A DNA stretch of 64,000 bases from Bacillota bacterium. Lineage in GTDB: Bacteria > Bacillota > JAAYKD01. Location of the stretch: assembly GCA_963666425.2 (NCBI GenBank), contig OY762825.2:288001-352000 (forward strand), in the 5' to 3' direction. The notes below the pieces were generated by a model. It searched no databases. It was not told where the DNA came from and saw nothing but the letters and a program-made list of their open reading frames with translations. The position numbers and the translations under genes were made by a program. Shown in pieces: positions 30,700-40,129 of the stretch; the first letter of the stretch is position 1; the number at the start of each line of letters is the position of its first letter.

Positions 30700-31674
30700 A
30701 TGATGAAACTTGGCGTCTTTACAACTCTTTTATCAGACCGTTCTCTTGATGATGCACTCAGTTTCCTGCACAAAAAAGGTGTAGAAGCCATAGAAATCGG
30801 CTGCGGCGGTTATCCGGGCACAGCGCACGCCGATCCGGCAATTCTGCTGCAGGATACAGCAAAACGAACTGCATTTCAGGCAACTGTTGCCAAATATAAC
30901 ATGACAATCAGCGGATTAAGCTGCCACTGCAATCCGCTTCACCCCAATGCAGAAGTTGCTCGTCAGGCAGATGAAACCCTGACCCGTACGATTCTGCTGG
31001 CAGAAAAGCTCAACATCCGTGTCATCAATACCTTCAGCGGCTGTCCCGGCGACAGTGCAGCTGCACAATATCCGAATTGGGTCACGTGTCCCTGGCCGGA
31101 AGATTTTCAAACGGTGCTGCAGTGGCAGTGGCAGGAAGTTTTGATTCCCTATTGGAAAAAGAAAACAGCCTTTGCCAAAGCGCATGCTGTAGATAAAATC
31201 GCTTTGGAAATGCACCCCGGTTTCTGTGTTTATAATCCGGAAACAGCCCTCAAACTGCGACAAGCTGTCGGACCGGAGCTTGGTGTCAATTTTGATCCAA
31301 GCCATTTGATCTGGCAGGGTATTGATCCGGTCATTGCGATTAAAAACTTAGGCAAAGCCGGTGCGCTCTTTCATTTTCATGCCAAGGACACTAAAATTGA
31401 CTGTGCAAATACCGCCTGTAACGGCGTACTTGACACCAAACCTTACAGCGATGAAATGAACCGATCCTGGATATTTCGCACTGTCGGTTATGGTAATGAT
31501 GCTTCTTATTGGAAAGAAATAATTTCCACTTTAGTTTTGATTGGATTTGATAATTCTTTGTCGATTGAGCACGAAGACAGCTTGATGAGCATCAATGAAG
31601 GTTTAAGCAAAGCGATTGATTTTTTGCGTGAAGTCATGATCCGCGAAAAAAAAGACGCCATCTGGTGGGCGTAA
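30700..31674 (+). CDS. Sugar phosphate isomerase/epimerase (IolE/xylose isomerase-like TIM barrel)
   Basis: ALEMHPG, NFDPSH, HFHAKD, LSIEHED metal ligands. Confidence 0.9.
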   Translation: MMKLGVFTTLLSDRSLDDALSFLHKKGVEAIEIGCGGYPGTAHADPAILLQDTAKRTAFQATVAKYNMTISGLSCHCNPLHPNAEVARQADETLTRTILLAEKLNIRVINTFSGCPGDSAAAQYPNWVTCPWPEDFQTVLQWQWQEVLIPYWKKKTAFAKAHAVDKIALEMHPGFCVYNPETALKLRQAVGPELGVNFDPSHLIWQGIDPVIAIKNLGKAGALFHFHAKDTKIDCANTACNGVLDTKPYSDEMNRSWIFRTVGYGNDASYWKEIISTLVLIGFDNSLSIEHEDSLMSINEGLSKAIDFLREVMIREKKDAIWWA

Positions 31675-31759
31675 AAGCGCGGGTCAGAATTTAAATTAGC
31701 ATAACATACAATCAGTTTTAAATTAAAGCAAACAAGCATTTCAGCTATTTCCAACCAAA

Positions 31760-32423
31760 AAAACCGCAGGCATCCTGCAGCGAAGCCTCACCCTTTAAGG
31801 TCGAGCTAGCGGAAGGATGCCCAGCGGTTTTGACATCAATGGTTCATCTAGACAATGAGTGACGCGGAATGGTCAAGACCATTCCCTACCTTGCACAATG
31901 TTTATAACATATCTGCAATAGTTTATATATAAATGCCAAAATACTCGGATAAAACGATTAAACACATGGGTCAAAACACCAAAATACTTGGATAATACTT
32001 GGACAAAACGATTAAACACATTGGGCAGATGTAGGGAACGGTCTTGACCGTTCCGCAACGTATCGCATTTATTAGCTTGATATGTTTATGAGTGCGCGGT
32101 ATTGGAACGAAACTACAAACAACGAGAGACAAGGTTATGCGGAATGGTCAAGACCATTCCCTATAATTTTTGGGTTGGTCAGAATTTAGACTTTCATGGT
32201 CTATTATATGTTTTTCAAAAAAGGTAATCATACAAGCATTTCATGATATTACAACCACAAAACCGCAGGCATCCTGCAGCGAAGCCTCACCCTTTGCGGT
32301 GGAGCTAGCGAAATTGATGCCCAGCGGTTTTGTCATGGTATTCCAACCAAAAAACCACAGGCATCCTGCAGCGAAACCTCACCCTTTGCGGTGGAGCTAG
32401 CGAAATTGATGCCCAGCGGTTTT
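31760..32423. repeat. Three direct copies of a ~72-nt hairpin element
   Basis: AAAACCGCAGGCATCCTGCAGCGAAGCCTCACCCTTT...GAGCTAGCG...GATGCCCAGCGGTTTT at 31760-31831, 32259-32331 and 32351-32423. Confidence 0.9.
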
Positions 32424-32481
32424 ATCATCAATGGTTCATCTAAACAATGAGTGAAGCGGAATGGTCAAGACCAGTCCCTAA
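31864..32481. repeat. Four GTAG-footed REP palindromes (REPIN-like cluster)
   Basis: GTAGGGAAYGGTCTTGACCRTTCCGC at 31864-31889 (rev), 32031-32056 (fwd), 32139-32164 (rev) and 32456-32481 (rev). Confidence 0.85.
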
Positions 32482-32486
32482 ATTTC

Positions 32487-33899
32487 TTAGACGCGGACAT
32501 GCTTCCACTTATTGGATTTGAAACGGTATTGAATCACAAGCGAACGTGCTGTTTGATCGACTGCCATGGCTATCCAGGCGCCAAGTAAACCCATATGCAT
32601 ATACTGCACTAAAACAAGTGCCAAACCAAGACGGAAAAACCAAACACCAATAATGGTAGAGTACAGCGGCCATTTTGTATCGCCTGCTCCGCGTAAAGCG
32701 CCAGCCAACACGAATTGGATCGACTGCAGCGGCTGCACCAAAGCGATCAACTTCAAAGCAACCGAAGCACTGGCGATGACAGAAGCATCATCGGTATACA
32801 GCAAAGCCACTTTATCACCTGCGAAGAACAGCAGAAATGCAACTCCCAAGGAAACCAACATCGACATATTGCCGGTAGCTTTGGCAAATTTCTCTGCCAT
32901 ATCCGGTTTTTTTGCGCCCAAACAGCGACCGACTAATGAAGTGGCAGACATACCAAAACCCTGACCGGTCGTAAACGATAAACTGGTAATATTGATCGCC
33001 ACCTGATGAGCAGCGAAGACAATCGTGCCCAAACCGGAAACCGTACGGGTGAAGAAAATCATTCCGATCCGCATCACAAATTGTTCGGCAGCGGCAGGCA
33101 TACCAACTTTCGCCACACGCTTAATCAAATCCCAATTAAAATGATATCCGCCTTTAAAAGAAACGGTTATCCGCTTACCCGGCACCAACACGAGGGAAAG
33201 AGCCATGATACAGCCCACCAAGCGGGAAAAAGCGGTCGCTACTGCCGCGCCGGAAACACCCATTCTGGGGAAAAACCAGATGCCGTTGATCAGAAGAAAA
33301 TTAAAGACAACGTTAATCAGATTGACTGCTGTGTTATTGATCATCGGCGCTTTGGTATCACCGGCGCCGCGGATCATGGAATTGACGCACATTTGGATTG
33401 TATTAAAAACCATGCTGACGGAGACAATCTGAAAATATTTTACGGCGTAAACCATGGTGTCTGCTTCCGCCCCCATAAACAGCAGAACAGGTTTCGCGAT
33501 GAAAAACATCACGGCGCCAACGAGCAGACCTAATAATGTGACAATGACCAAAGATTGACGGGCGGTTTCGTTCGCATTTTTCAAATCGTGGGCACCGATA
33601 AAACGAGCAACCACGGCCGTCGTGCCAACGTTGATCGCCATGAAAATCGCCATGGCAAACATCATCGGCTGATTTGTTAAGCCAACCGCTGTAATTGCGG
33701 CAGGCCCGATCCGGCTGACCTGGATCATATCGGCCATACCAACCAGTGCCATCAGTACTTGCTCCGCGACGGCAGGTCCTGCTAGTTTGAGGACGATTTT
33801 ATCCGCTTCCGCAGAAGTAAGCTCATCCTTTAACAAGAAACTCTGATCGTACTTATCTTTCACCGGAACCGATTCCTTTTTCCCTACTTCCTCACTCAT
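32487..33899 (-). CDS. MATE family efflux transporter
   Basis: Two repeats with RGAGDTK; about 12 TM; AAHQVA. Confidence 0.93.
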   Translation of the reverse strand: MSEEVGKKESVPVKDKYDQSFLLKDELTSAEADKIVLKLAGPAVAEQVLMALVGMADMIQVSRIGPAAITAVGLTNQPMMFAMAIFMAINVGTTAVVARFIGAHDLKNANETARQSLVIVTLLGLLVGAVMFFIAKPVLLFMGAEADTMVYAVKYFQIVSVSMVFNTIQMCVNSMIRGAGDTKAPMINNTAVNLINVVFNFLLINGIWFFPRMGVSGAAVATAFSRLVGCIMALSLVLVPGKRITVSFKGGYHFNWDLIKRVAKVGMPAAAEQFVMRIGMIFFTRTVSGLGTIVFAAHQVAINITSLSFTTGQGFGMSATSLVGRCLGAKKPDMAEKFAKATGNMSMLVSLGVAFLLFFAGDKVALLYTDDASVIASASVALKLIALVQPLQSIQFVLAGALRGAGDTKWPLYSTIIGVWFFRLGLALVLVQYMHMGLLGAWIAMAVDQTARSLVIQYRFKSNKWKHVRV

Positions 33900-34035
33900 A
33901 CAAAGACTCCCATTCTTATTAGAAATATTATAAGCTAACATTTCTATACTCGTAACAATTTTCCTTCTTGAAAAATCTGAAACTTTTCTTGCTTTTCTGT
34001 TCCATCATAAAGATTTTTGAGAAACTTCACTAAAT

Positions 34036-34076
34036 AAAAGAACCGCTTGAACTTTTTTGTTCAAGCGGCTGTTTTT
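34036..34076. terminator. Bidirectional-type intrinsic terminator
   Basis: CCGCTTGAAC/GTTCAAGCGG 10-bp stem flanked by A- and T-runs. Confidence 0.8.
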
Positions 34077-34083
34077 ATCTGCT

Positions 34084-35028
34084 TTATTTGCGGAGCGGAT
34101 TGATCGCCCGTAAATGCGACATCGAACCATAACCGTTGATCAGAGCTGCATATTCTGTCTGATTATAGAAGGAACACTTGTTCTCCCCGTAGTATTTGGC
34201 AACCTCAATGCAGAAACGTGCGGTTTCTTCGATATCAATTTCATGAGAAGCTCCGGTAGCACAGCCTGGCACGGCAGTTTCCGTCGTGATGGCTACTCCA
34301 ACCAAAGCGGCATCGGTCACAATGGACGGCTGCAGGATGCTGTTGACATGATAGATATCATTCCCATACGGCGTGATATCCTGCATGGTGACTGGCAGCA
34401 CCTTGGCTTGCTTGCCGGTAGTCCATTCCATAATCGAAAGCAAATCTTCACTGATGCGCAGAATCCAGCCATCCTTGATCGTTGGCGTAATAGCAAAACC
34501 ACGGGCATTTAAAACTCGATTGCCTTTGGTTGTATCAACCGATAAAATGGCATCGACGGAAGTATCCACTTCATACTTGTTCATGACCGCAATATCCACA
34601 GGAGAGCCCATAAATGGTACCGGATCGTGCGGTGAAGTGGGCGAAAAAGGAGCAATATGCGTGGAGACAATCACATCGCCGGATATCGTGTCGCCATTTC
34701 TCTGCATATCAACCAGTTTCAAGGCGACCGCCATGGCTGTAATCGCACCGTCTCCATCAGAAACCAAACCGATACGTTCCGGTCTGGCTCCAACCCCGCC
34801 TAATCGTCCAATAATACCTAAAGTTGGGGCTGTCCCTCCGCTTAATTTACCATTCTTCCCTTTAATCAAGACATGGATGAAATCCGTGCTGCCTTTATCC
34901 CCAATCACAGTCAGCCAATGACACTGCTCCGCCGGTAATCCTCTGGCAATCAATAACTCTTTTACTTTTTCGCCGCTGGCAAACGAACTATCCAGCAGTT
35001 CATGTATTTCCATTACTTGCTTCAGCAT
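34084..35028 (-). CDS. DUF1177 family protein
   Basis: GRLGGVGARP..IGLVSDGDGA, HDPVPFMGSP, DTTKGNR, GCATGA. Confidence 0.85.
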   Translation of the reverse strand: MLKQVMEIHELLDSSFASGEKVKELLIARGLPAEQCHWLTVIGDKGSTDFIHVLIKGKNGKLSGGTAPTLGIIGRLGGVGARPERIGLVSDGDGAITAMAVALKLVDMQRNGDTISGDVIVSTHIAPFSPTSPHDPVPFMGSPVDIAVMNKYEVDTSVDAILSVDTTKGNRVLNARGFAITPTIKDGWILRISEDLLSIMEWTTGKQAKVLPVTMQDITPYGNDIYHVNSILQPSIVTDAALVGVAITTETAVPGCATGASHEIDIEETARFCIEVAKYYGENKCSFYNQTEYAALINGYGSMSHLRAINPLRK

Positions 35029-35107
35029 CCCATCGATCTCCTTTTTTGTTAATCGTGCTGTTATTTCTCTGAATTATGGGTGATTTCCTGCAGTTCAACA
35101 ACCGATT

Positions 35108-35740
35108 TTACTCGGCTGTAGTCTGATAATGCGTCTTTTTCAAAAAGGACAGCCGATGCACAGGACTGTAACCATATTGCTCTAAAGCGCTGTAGTGCGC
35201 GGCGGTCGGATAACCTTTATGCTGCGCAAAACCATACTGCGGATATTTCTGATCCAATTCCAACATGATGCGGTCGCGTGTAACTTTGGCGATAATCGAG
35301 GCAGCTGCAATGGAGCGTACATAAGCATCCCCTGCGATGATGCCCATTTGATTTTCATTCCAGAAGGCAAGCACCCAAGCATCAATCAAAAGAAAATCCG
35401 GTTTGGGCTGCAGTGTTTCCACCGCTCGCTGCATAGCTAAATAATCGGCTTGGCGAATATTCAGCCGATCAATTTCCGCTGCCGTTGCCTGACCGACACT
35501 GTAACTGACTTCTGCGGTCAATTGAGCAAACAAAGCTTCCCGCTTCGCTGCAGTCAGTTTTTTGGAATCTTCCAAGCCAGCCAATTGATAAGCGGGTGGT
35601 AAGATGACAGCAGCCGCTACGACCGGACCCGCCAAGGGACCGCAGCCGGCCTCATCAATACCGGCGATGGCTGAAAATCCTTTTTGAGCGAGGCTTTCTT
35701 CCCATGGCAGCCAAATTTTTGGCGTTTTCACTTTCACCAT
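35108..35740 (-). CDS. rnhB: Ribonuclease HII
   Basis: GIDEAG, DSKKL, IAAASIIAKVTRD, HKGYPT, HRLSF. Confidence 0.95.
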   Translation of the reverse strand: MVKVKTPKIWLPWEESLAQKGFSAIAGIDEAGCGPLAGPVVAAAVILPPAYQLAGLEDSKKLTAAKREALFAQLTAEVSYSVGQATAAEIDRLNIRQADYLAMQRAVETLQPKPDFLLIDAWVLAFWNENQMGIIAGDAYVRSIAAASIIAKVTRDRIMLELDQKYPQYGFAQHKGYPTAAHYSALEQYGYSPVHRLSFLKKTHYQTTAE

Positions 35741-35742
35741 CG

Positions 35743-36615
35743 CTATTCCCCTGTTTTTTGACTGACAGGAGGCAATTCAAGTGAGATACGTCCAATTTTC
35801 CCAGAACGAAAATCGTCCAGAAGCATCTGTGCGGTGCGGTTGAGGTCAACCAGATTACCCGCGACCAGACAACCTTTATTGCGCCCGATTTGTTCCAACA
35901 AAAGCTCTCCATCCTTGATCAACGGCTCCGTCAAACGATATCGTTCTGTCAGTAATTTGGGATAAGCTGTGGCCAACCAGGCAGCCAAGAAGCGGCCGAC
36001 TTCTTCCAGATTGTATACTTCGTCCGAGATTGCGCCGGTCGCTGCTAATTTCATGCCAACCGTATGATCGTTGATTTTTGGCATCAGAATACCCGGCATA
36101 TCCAAAAGATCCAGATCGCCGCGAATACGGACCCACTGGATTTGCCGCGTCAGGCCGGGACGGTTGGCTGCTGCGGCCTTTCTGATTCCGATTAATTGAT
36201 TGATTAAAGAAGATTTCCCCACATTAGGAATACCAACCATCATCAAACGGGCTGCTCTGGGTTTTCTGCCTTTGTTAACCCATTTTTGTAACGCTTCTGC
36301 CGCCAAAGGTTGAACAGCCGCAGGCAGACGATTGAGATTTTCGCCTGTTGTGCTGGAAAGAGCAATCGGGATTTCCCCCTGCTCTGTAAACCATTGCAGC
36401 CAGCGTTTGGTCTGGATCGGGTCGGCTAAATCAGATTTATTCAGCAAAATTACCCGCGGCTTTCGCTCGGTCAGCGTTTTTATGTCCGGATTGCGGCTGG
36501 CTAAAGGTAATCTGGCATCCACCAATTCCATGATTACATCCACCAAACCAAGATTTTCTTCTACTAAGCGTTTCCCCTTGACCATATGTCCCGGGTACCA
36601 TTGAATTGTCGCCAT
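35743..36615 (-). CDS. rbgA: Ribosome biogenesis GTPase RbgA/YlqF
   Basis: IQWYPGHM, DARLP, NKSDL, GIPNVGKS, DMPG. Confidence 0.95.
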   Translation of the reverse strand: MATIQWYPGHMVKGKRLVEENLGLVDVIMELVDARLPLASRNPDIKTLTERKPRVILLNKSDLADPIQTKRWLQWFTEQGEIPIALSSTTGENLNRLPAAVQPLAAEALQKWVNKGRKPRAARLMMVGIPNVGKSSLINQLIGIRKAAAANRPGLTRQIQWVRIRGDLDLLDMPGILMPKINDHTVGMKLAATGAISDEVYNLEEVGRFLAAWLATAYPKLLTERYRLTEPLIKDGELLLEQIGRNKGCLVAGNLVDLNRTAQMLLDDFRSGKIGRISLELPPVSQKTGE

Positions 36616-36638
36616 TTGCCTCACCTGTTTTCCCAAAA

Positions 36639-37154
36639 CTACTGGATGATTCTGATCTGCCGCAACGGCCAATAAACTGCGATTACTTTACCGCGAATGT
36701 TTTCTCTGGGGATGGTACCCATCACCGAATCTCTGCTGTCCAAACTAACGGCACGGTTATCACCCATCACAAAATAATGATCTTCCGGAATGATCAGCGC
36801 TGCCATTGTCTGCTCAGAAGAAATGGAACCCAGATAAGTTTCCTGCAATAGAACGCCATTGATCGTAACCTGACCGCCAACGATTGAAATTTCTTCATTG
36901 GGTAACCCGATCACACGTTTGACAAAATAACGTCGGGGATCGGCAGGCAGCTTAAAAACAATAATGTCTCCTCTTGCGACTTCACCTACTTTTAAGCTGA
37001 TGATACGTTCACCGCTTTCCAAGGTCGGTCTCATCGTGGAGCCATCTGCTCGCAAGAATTCAGCTACATAAATCCGAAAAAGCAAAGCCGCGGCTGCCGC
37101 AATCAACAAGGCAACAATCCACTCGATGATTTCTTTTCGTCTTTTCTGTTCCAT
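36639..37154 (-). CDS. lepB: Signal peptidase I (atypical active-site motif)
   Basis: TM, then GSTMRPTL, RGDIIVF, YFVKRVIGLP, MGDNR..SLDSR; located between rplS and rbgA. Confidence 0.88.
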   Translation of the reverse strand: MEQKRRKEIIEWIVALLIAAAAALLFRIYVAEFLRADGSTMRPTLESGERIISLKVGEVARGDIIVFKLPADPRRYFVKRVIGLPNEEISIVGGQVTINGVLLQETYLGSISSEQTMAALIIPEDHYFVMGDNRAVSLDSRDSVMGTIPRENIRGKVIAVYWPLRQIRIIQ

Positions 37155-37170
37155 ATTACGTCCTCTGAAT

Positions 37171-37263
37171 AAAAAAACCGCTTCATTCGATTCGCCTTGT
37201 TCGATCTTCTTGTTCAGCACAAGTACCATCGAGGATAAGGAGTTAATCTATGAAGCAGTTTTT
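37171..37263 (-). terminator. Long (~90 nt) interrupted hairpin after rplS
   Basis: AAAACCGCTTCAT...ATGAAGCAGTTTT outer stem with nested stems; U-run on the minus strand. Confidence 0.6.
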
Positions 37264-37267
37264 GTGA

Positions 37268-37615
37268 TTAGCGAATTTCCTTCACGCGAGTAGCGGCTTT
37301 ACCAACCAATTTACGCAGATAATACAGGCGTGCACGACGGACAAGACCACGCTTCAATACCTCTATCTTTGCGACTCTGGGTGACTGCACCGGAAAGGTT
37401 CTCTCTACCCCGACGCCGTAAGAGATTTTACGCACTGTAAAACTCTCTCTGAGACCGTCACCGGAACGAACAATTACCAATCCTTCAAAAATCTGGATAC
37501 GCTCTTTTTCGCCTTCTACGACCTTAGCATGCACACGCACTGTATCTCCAACTTTAAAAGCCGGTAAATCAGAACGCATCATTCCTTTTTCAAGTTCCAC
37601 GATAGTGGGATGCAT
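37268..37615 (-). CDS. rplS: 50S ribosomal protein L19
   Basis: [33 protein letters not shown]. Confidence 0.98.
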   Translation of the reverse strand: MHPTIVELEKGMMRSDLPAFKVGDTVRVHAKVVEGEKERIQIFEGLVIVRSGDGLRESFTVRKISYGVGVERTFPVQSPRVAKIEVLKRGLVRRARLYYLRKLVGKAATRVKEIR

Positions 37616-37637
37616 AATGTAATTCCCCTTTCATCTT

Positions 37638-37675
37638 AAGTGTTCATACGCATCTTGAATGCCAGCGGAGCACTC
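37638..37675 (-). ncRNA. L19 ribosomal protein leader
   Basis: GAGUGCUCCGCUG...UGAACACUU hairpin just upstream of rplS, resembling the Firmicute L19 leader (GUUCCGCUG core). Confidence 0.65.
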
Positions 37676-37696
37676 GTATATAACATACGAATTATA

Positions 37697-38485
37697 TCAT
37701 AGATCTTCTTTGTTCACAAGTGGTGCAATCGAGAGGTTTTTGTATAATAAATCATTTTCCGCAAGAATTTCAGCGAGAAGAATTCTATCCTCCCGATTCA
37801 GCCGTGCTTTTACCAACAGATCGGGACGAACCTTCCAGGTTTTCAAAAGCGACTGTTTCCTGCGCCAAGCGGCGATTTTCTGATGATTACCCTGCAACAA
37901 AATCTCCGGAACCGCGAAACCTTCAAACACAGCTGGGCGGGTATACTGCGGATATTCCAATAAACCATCACTGAAGCTCTCGTCATCACTCGATTCATCG
38001 TGTCCCAGAACACCGGGCAGCAAACGAATTAAACCATCGGTTAAAACCATGGCAGGCAATTCACCACCGGTTAAAACATAATCTCCGATCGATATTTCCT
38101 CATCTGCCAGTTGATTAATGATTCTTTGATCAATTCCCTCATAATGACCACAAAGCAGTGTAATTTGCGGTTTTTGCGCTAATCTCTTCAAATCCGTCTG
38201 CTGCAGCTGTTTGCCGGATGGGCTGAGATAAATCAGATAGGGCGGCTGCGCTAACGTGCTGCGCAGTGCTTGCCAGGCTGCAAAGACCGGATCCGGCTGC
38301 ATCAGCATACCGACACCACCGCCAAAGGGATATTCATCCACTTTATGATGTTTTTCCAATGAATAAACACGCAGTTGGTGCAGCACGATTTCTACAAAAC
38401 CCTTTTTTTGTGCGCGTTCGAGGATGCTGGTATGCAGGGGGCCTTCAAACATTTCGGGGAATAAGGTCAGGATGTCGATACGCAT
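37697..38485 (-). CDS. trmD: tRNA (guanine37-N1)-methyltransferase
   Basis: LTLFPE, PFGGGVGM, CGHYEGID, SIGDYVLTGGE, LEYPQYTRP. Confidence 0.97.
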   Translation of the reverse strand: MRIDILTLFPEMFEGPLHTSILERAQKKGFVEIVLHQLRVYSLEKHHKVDEYPFGGGVGMLMQPDPVFAAWQALRSTLAQPPYLIYLSPSGKQLQQTDLKRLAQKPQITLLCGHYEGIDQRIINQLADEEISIGDYVLTGGELPAMVLTDGLIRLLPGVLGHDESSDDESFSDGLLEYPQYTRPAVFEGFAVPEILLQGNHQKIAAWRRKQSLLKTWKVRPDLLVKARLNREDRILLAEILAENDLLYKNLSIAPLVNKEDL

Positions 38486-38494
38486 CGCTTACAC

Positions 38495-39037
38495 CTACAA
38501 CAAGCCAGCCAGCAGCTTGACGGTGATGCGCTTGTTTTGCAGATCGGTGGCAAGAATTACCTCATCGATCGCCGGCAGCAACAGTTCGGTCTGTTCTTCG
38601 GTCGCAAGAGCGCGCCCTTCGTCACTCAGTTCCACAACATAAACATCGTTGGAACCGGGAGACAGCACATCTTTGACTTTTCCTAAATAAAGACCGTCAT
38701 CCTGATAAACATCCATACCAAGGATCTGATAAATATAATATCTGCCCTCCGGCAGCGGCATCAATTCATTTTCCGCAATGGTCAGCACCGCTTGCAGCCA
38801 GGGCGTTGTTTCGCTCACGTCTTGAAATTCCGCTACTTTCAGAATAATAAAACCTTTATGCATACGTGCTGCCAGCGGATGCAGCCAGATCTCTTTGCCA
38901 TTGGCAGCCTGGGCCAGCATTTGTTTGGTTTGGTCAAAGCGTTCCGGAAAATCCGTCAGTGGGAATACTTTGATCTCCCCTTTTAAACCATGCGTTCCGG
39001 TGATTTTACCAATTTGAAAGCGTTTTTCTTCTGACAT
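38495..39037 (-). CDS. rimM: Ribosome maturation factor RimM
   Basis: IGKITGTHGLKGE, YYIYQILG, GSNDVYVV, LLPAI. Confidence 0.95.
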   Translation of the reverse strand: MSEEKRFQIGKITGTHGLKGEIKVFPLTDFPERFDQTKQMLAQAANGKEIWLHPLAARMHKGFIILKVAEFQDVSETTPWLQAVLTIAENELMPLPEGRYYIYQILGMDVYQDDGLYLGKVKDVLSPGSNDVYVVELSDEGRALATEEQTELLLPAIDEVILATDLQNKRITVKLLAGLL

Positions 39038-39450
39038 TAAGTGCACCCCTTTCCCTGGCGAATTTCTACGATGACCCCATCTTTTAAGATGATTTCCTGG
39101 CTGGTTAGATCATGCCAGAGGTCGCCGACTGTCACTTCAAGACTGGCCTCGTTTTGTGAATGCAGCACTTCGCTGCCGAGCGCCAATTGAAAGCTTTCCT
39201 TCTTGCGTTCCAGCATTCTTTGCTGCGCGTCCAGTCGCTTTTGTTTTTCCAGTTCCAACTGCTGCAACTGCGCTGCGATTGGAGCTTTCGGATTTTTCGT
39301 TTGCTCTAAGGTCAACAGCTTTTGCTGATAGGAAATTTGATCGAGTTCGGTCAGCAAACGTCTGATCTGAGCATCGATCTCCACACGTAAGCTGGTTAAG
39401 AAAGGTTCGGTAACAATCACCTTGACGGTGACGGGATAATGAATTCGCAT
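39037..39450 (-). CDS. YlqD family protein
   Basis: VTVKVIVTE, coiled coil, EIILKDGVIVEIR; between khpA and rimM. Confidence 0.88.
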   Translation of the reverse strand: MRIHYPVTVKVIVTEPFLTSLRVEIDAQIRRLLTELDQISYQQKLLTLEQTKNPKAPIAAQLQQLELEKQKRLDAQQRMLERKKESFQLALGSEVLHSQNEASLEVTVGDLWHDLTSQEIILKDGVIVEIRQGKGCT

Positions 39451-39558
39451 GGGTTTGCCTCCCTTTCTGCCGGTGTAAACCTAAAAAAATGGCAAATAGG
39501 GAACTGTTCGGCAGGCGCATGGCCGGCTTCTGCAGTTCCCTAACGATCGATTTCAGTG

Positions 39559-39807
39559 CTATTCCGCCGTCACCTTGTCAATAATATCCAGATTGACACG
39601 TTTTTGTTCTTTGCCGGCAGCTGCCTTTAAAACAGTCCGCATCGCTTTGGCAATTTTTCCTTGACGGCCGATGATTTTACCCATGTCTTCCGGTGCCACC
39701 GAAAGCTCATAGCTAATATCTGTTTCCGTCTCGGTTTCATTAATCACGATTTGTTCGGGCTGATCAACCAACGCTCTTGCCATTACTTCTACTAAAGCTT
39801 TCATCAT
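39559..39807 (-). CDS. khpA: KH-domain RNA-binding protein KhpA (YlqC)
   Basis: DMGKIIGRQGKIAKAMRT. Confidence 0.93.
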   Translation of the reverse strand: MMKALVEVMARALVDQPEQIVINETETETDISYELSVAPEDMGKIIGRQGKIAKAMRTVLKAAAGKEQKRVNLDIIDKVTAE

Positions 39808-39828
39808 TTTTCTCCTATCACGAATCGC

Positions 39829-40071
39829 TTAGAGAAGACCGGCTTTTTGAAAAAGAATGCGAACCCGGTCAGAAAGCTGAACTCCTGTCGCCAACCAAGC
39901 TTTTGCTCTTTCATCTTGAATTTTCAGCGTAGCGGGTTGGGTTGTCGGATCGTAATAACCAATCTCCTCAATGAATTTACCATCGCGCGGTGCATGTGTA
40001 TCAGCAACAACCATACGATAGAACGGTGCTTTTTTAGCCCCTAAACGACGTAAACGAATTTTTGTAGCCAC
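39829..40071 (-). CDS. rpsP: 30S ribosomal protein S16
   Basis: [30 protein letters not shown]. Confidence 0.98.
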   Translation of the reverse strand: MATKIRLRRLGAKKAPFYRMVVADTHAPRDGKFIEEIGYYDPTTQPATLKIQDERAKAWLATGVQLSDRVRILFQKAGLL

Positions 40072-40129
40072 TTAAAACACCTCCTTTCCTGAATTTGTTC
40101 TATGAAACCGCTCCCGAGGTTGGCAGAAA

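Noticed and set aside
31873-32400. Short ORFs 31873-32058 (-) and 32170-32400 (+)
   Set aside because: They run through REP and hairpin repeats and lack a convincing RBS or protein motif.
31740-32481. CRISPR array
   Set aside because: Repeats are in mixed orientation with irregular, partly repeated spacers; units are 26 or ~72 bp palindromes; no cas genes.
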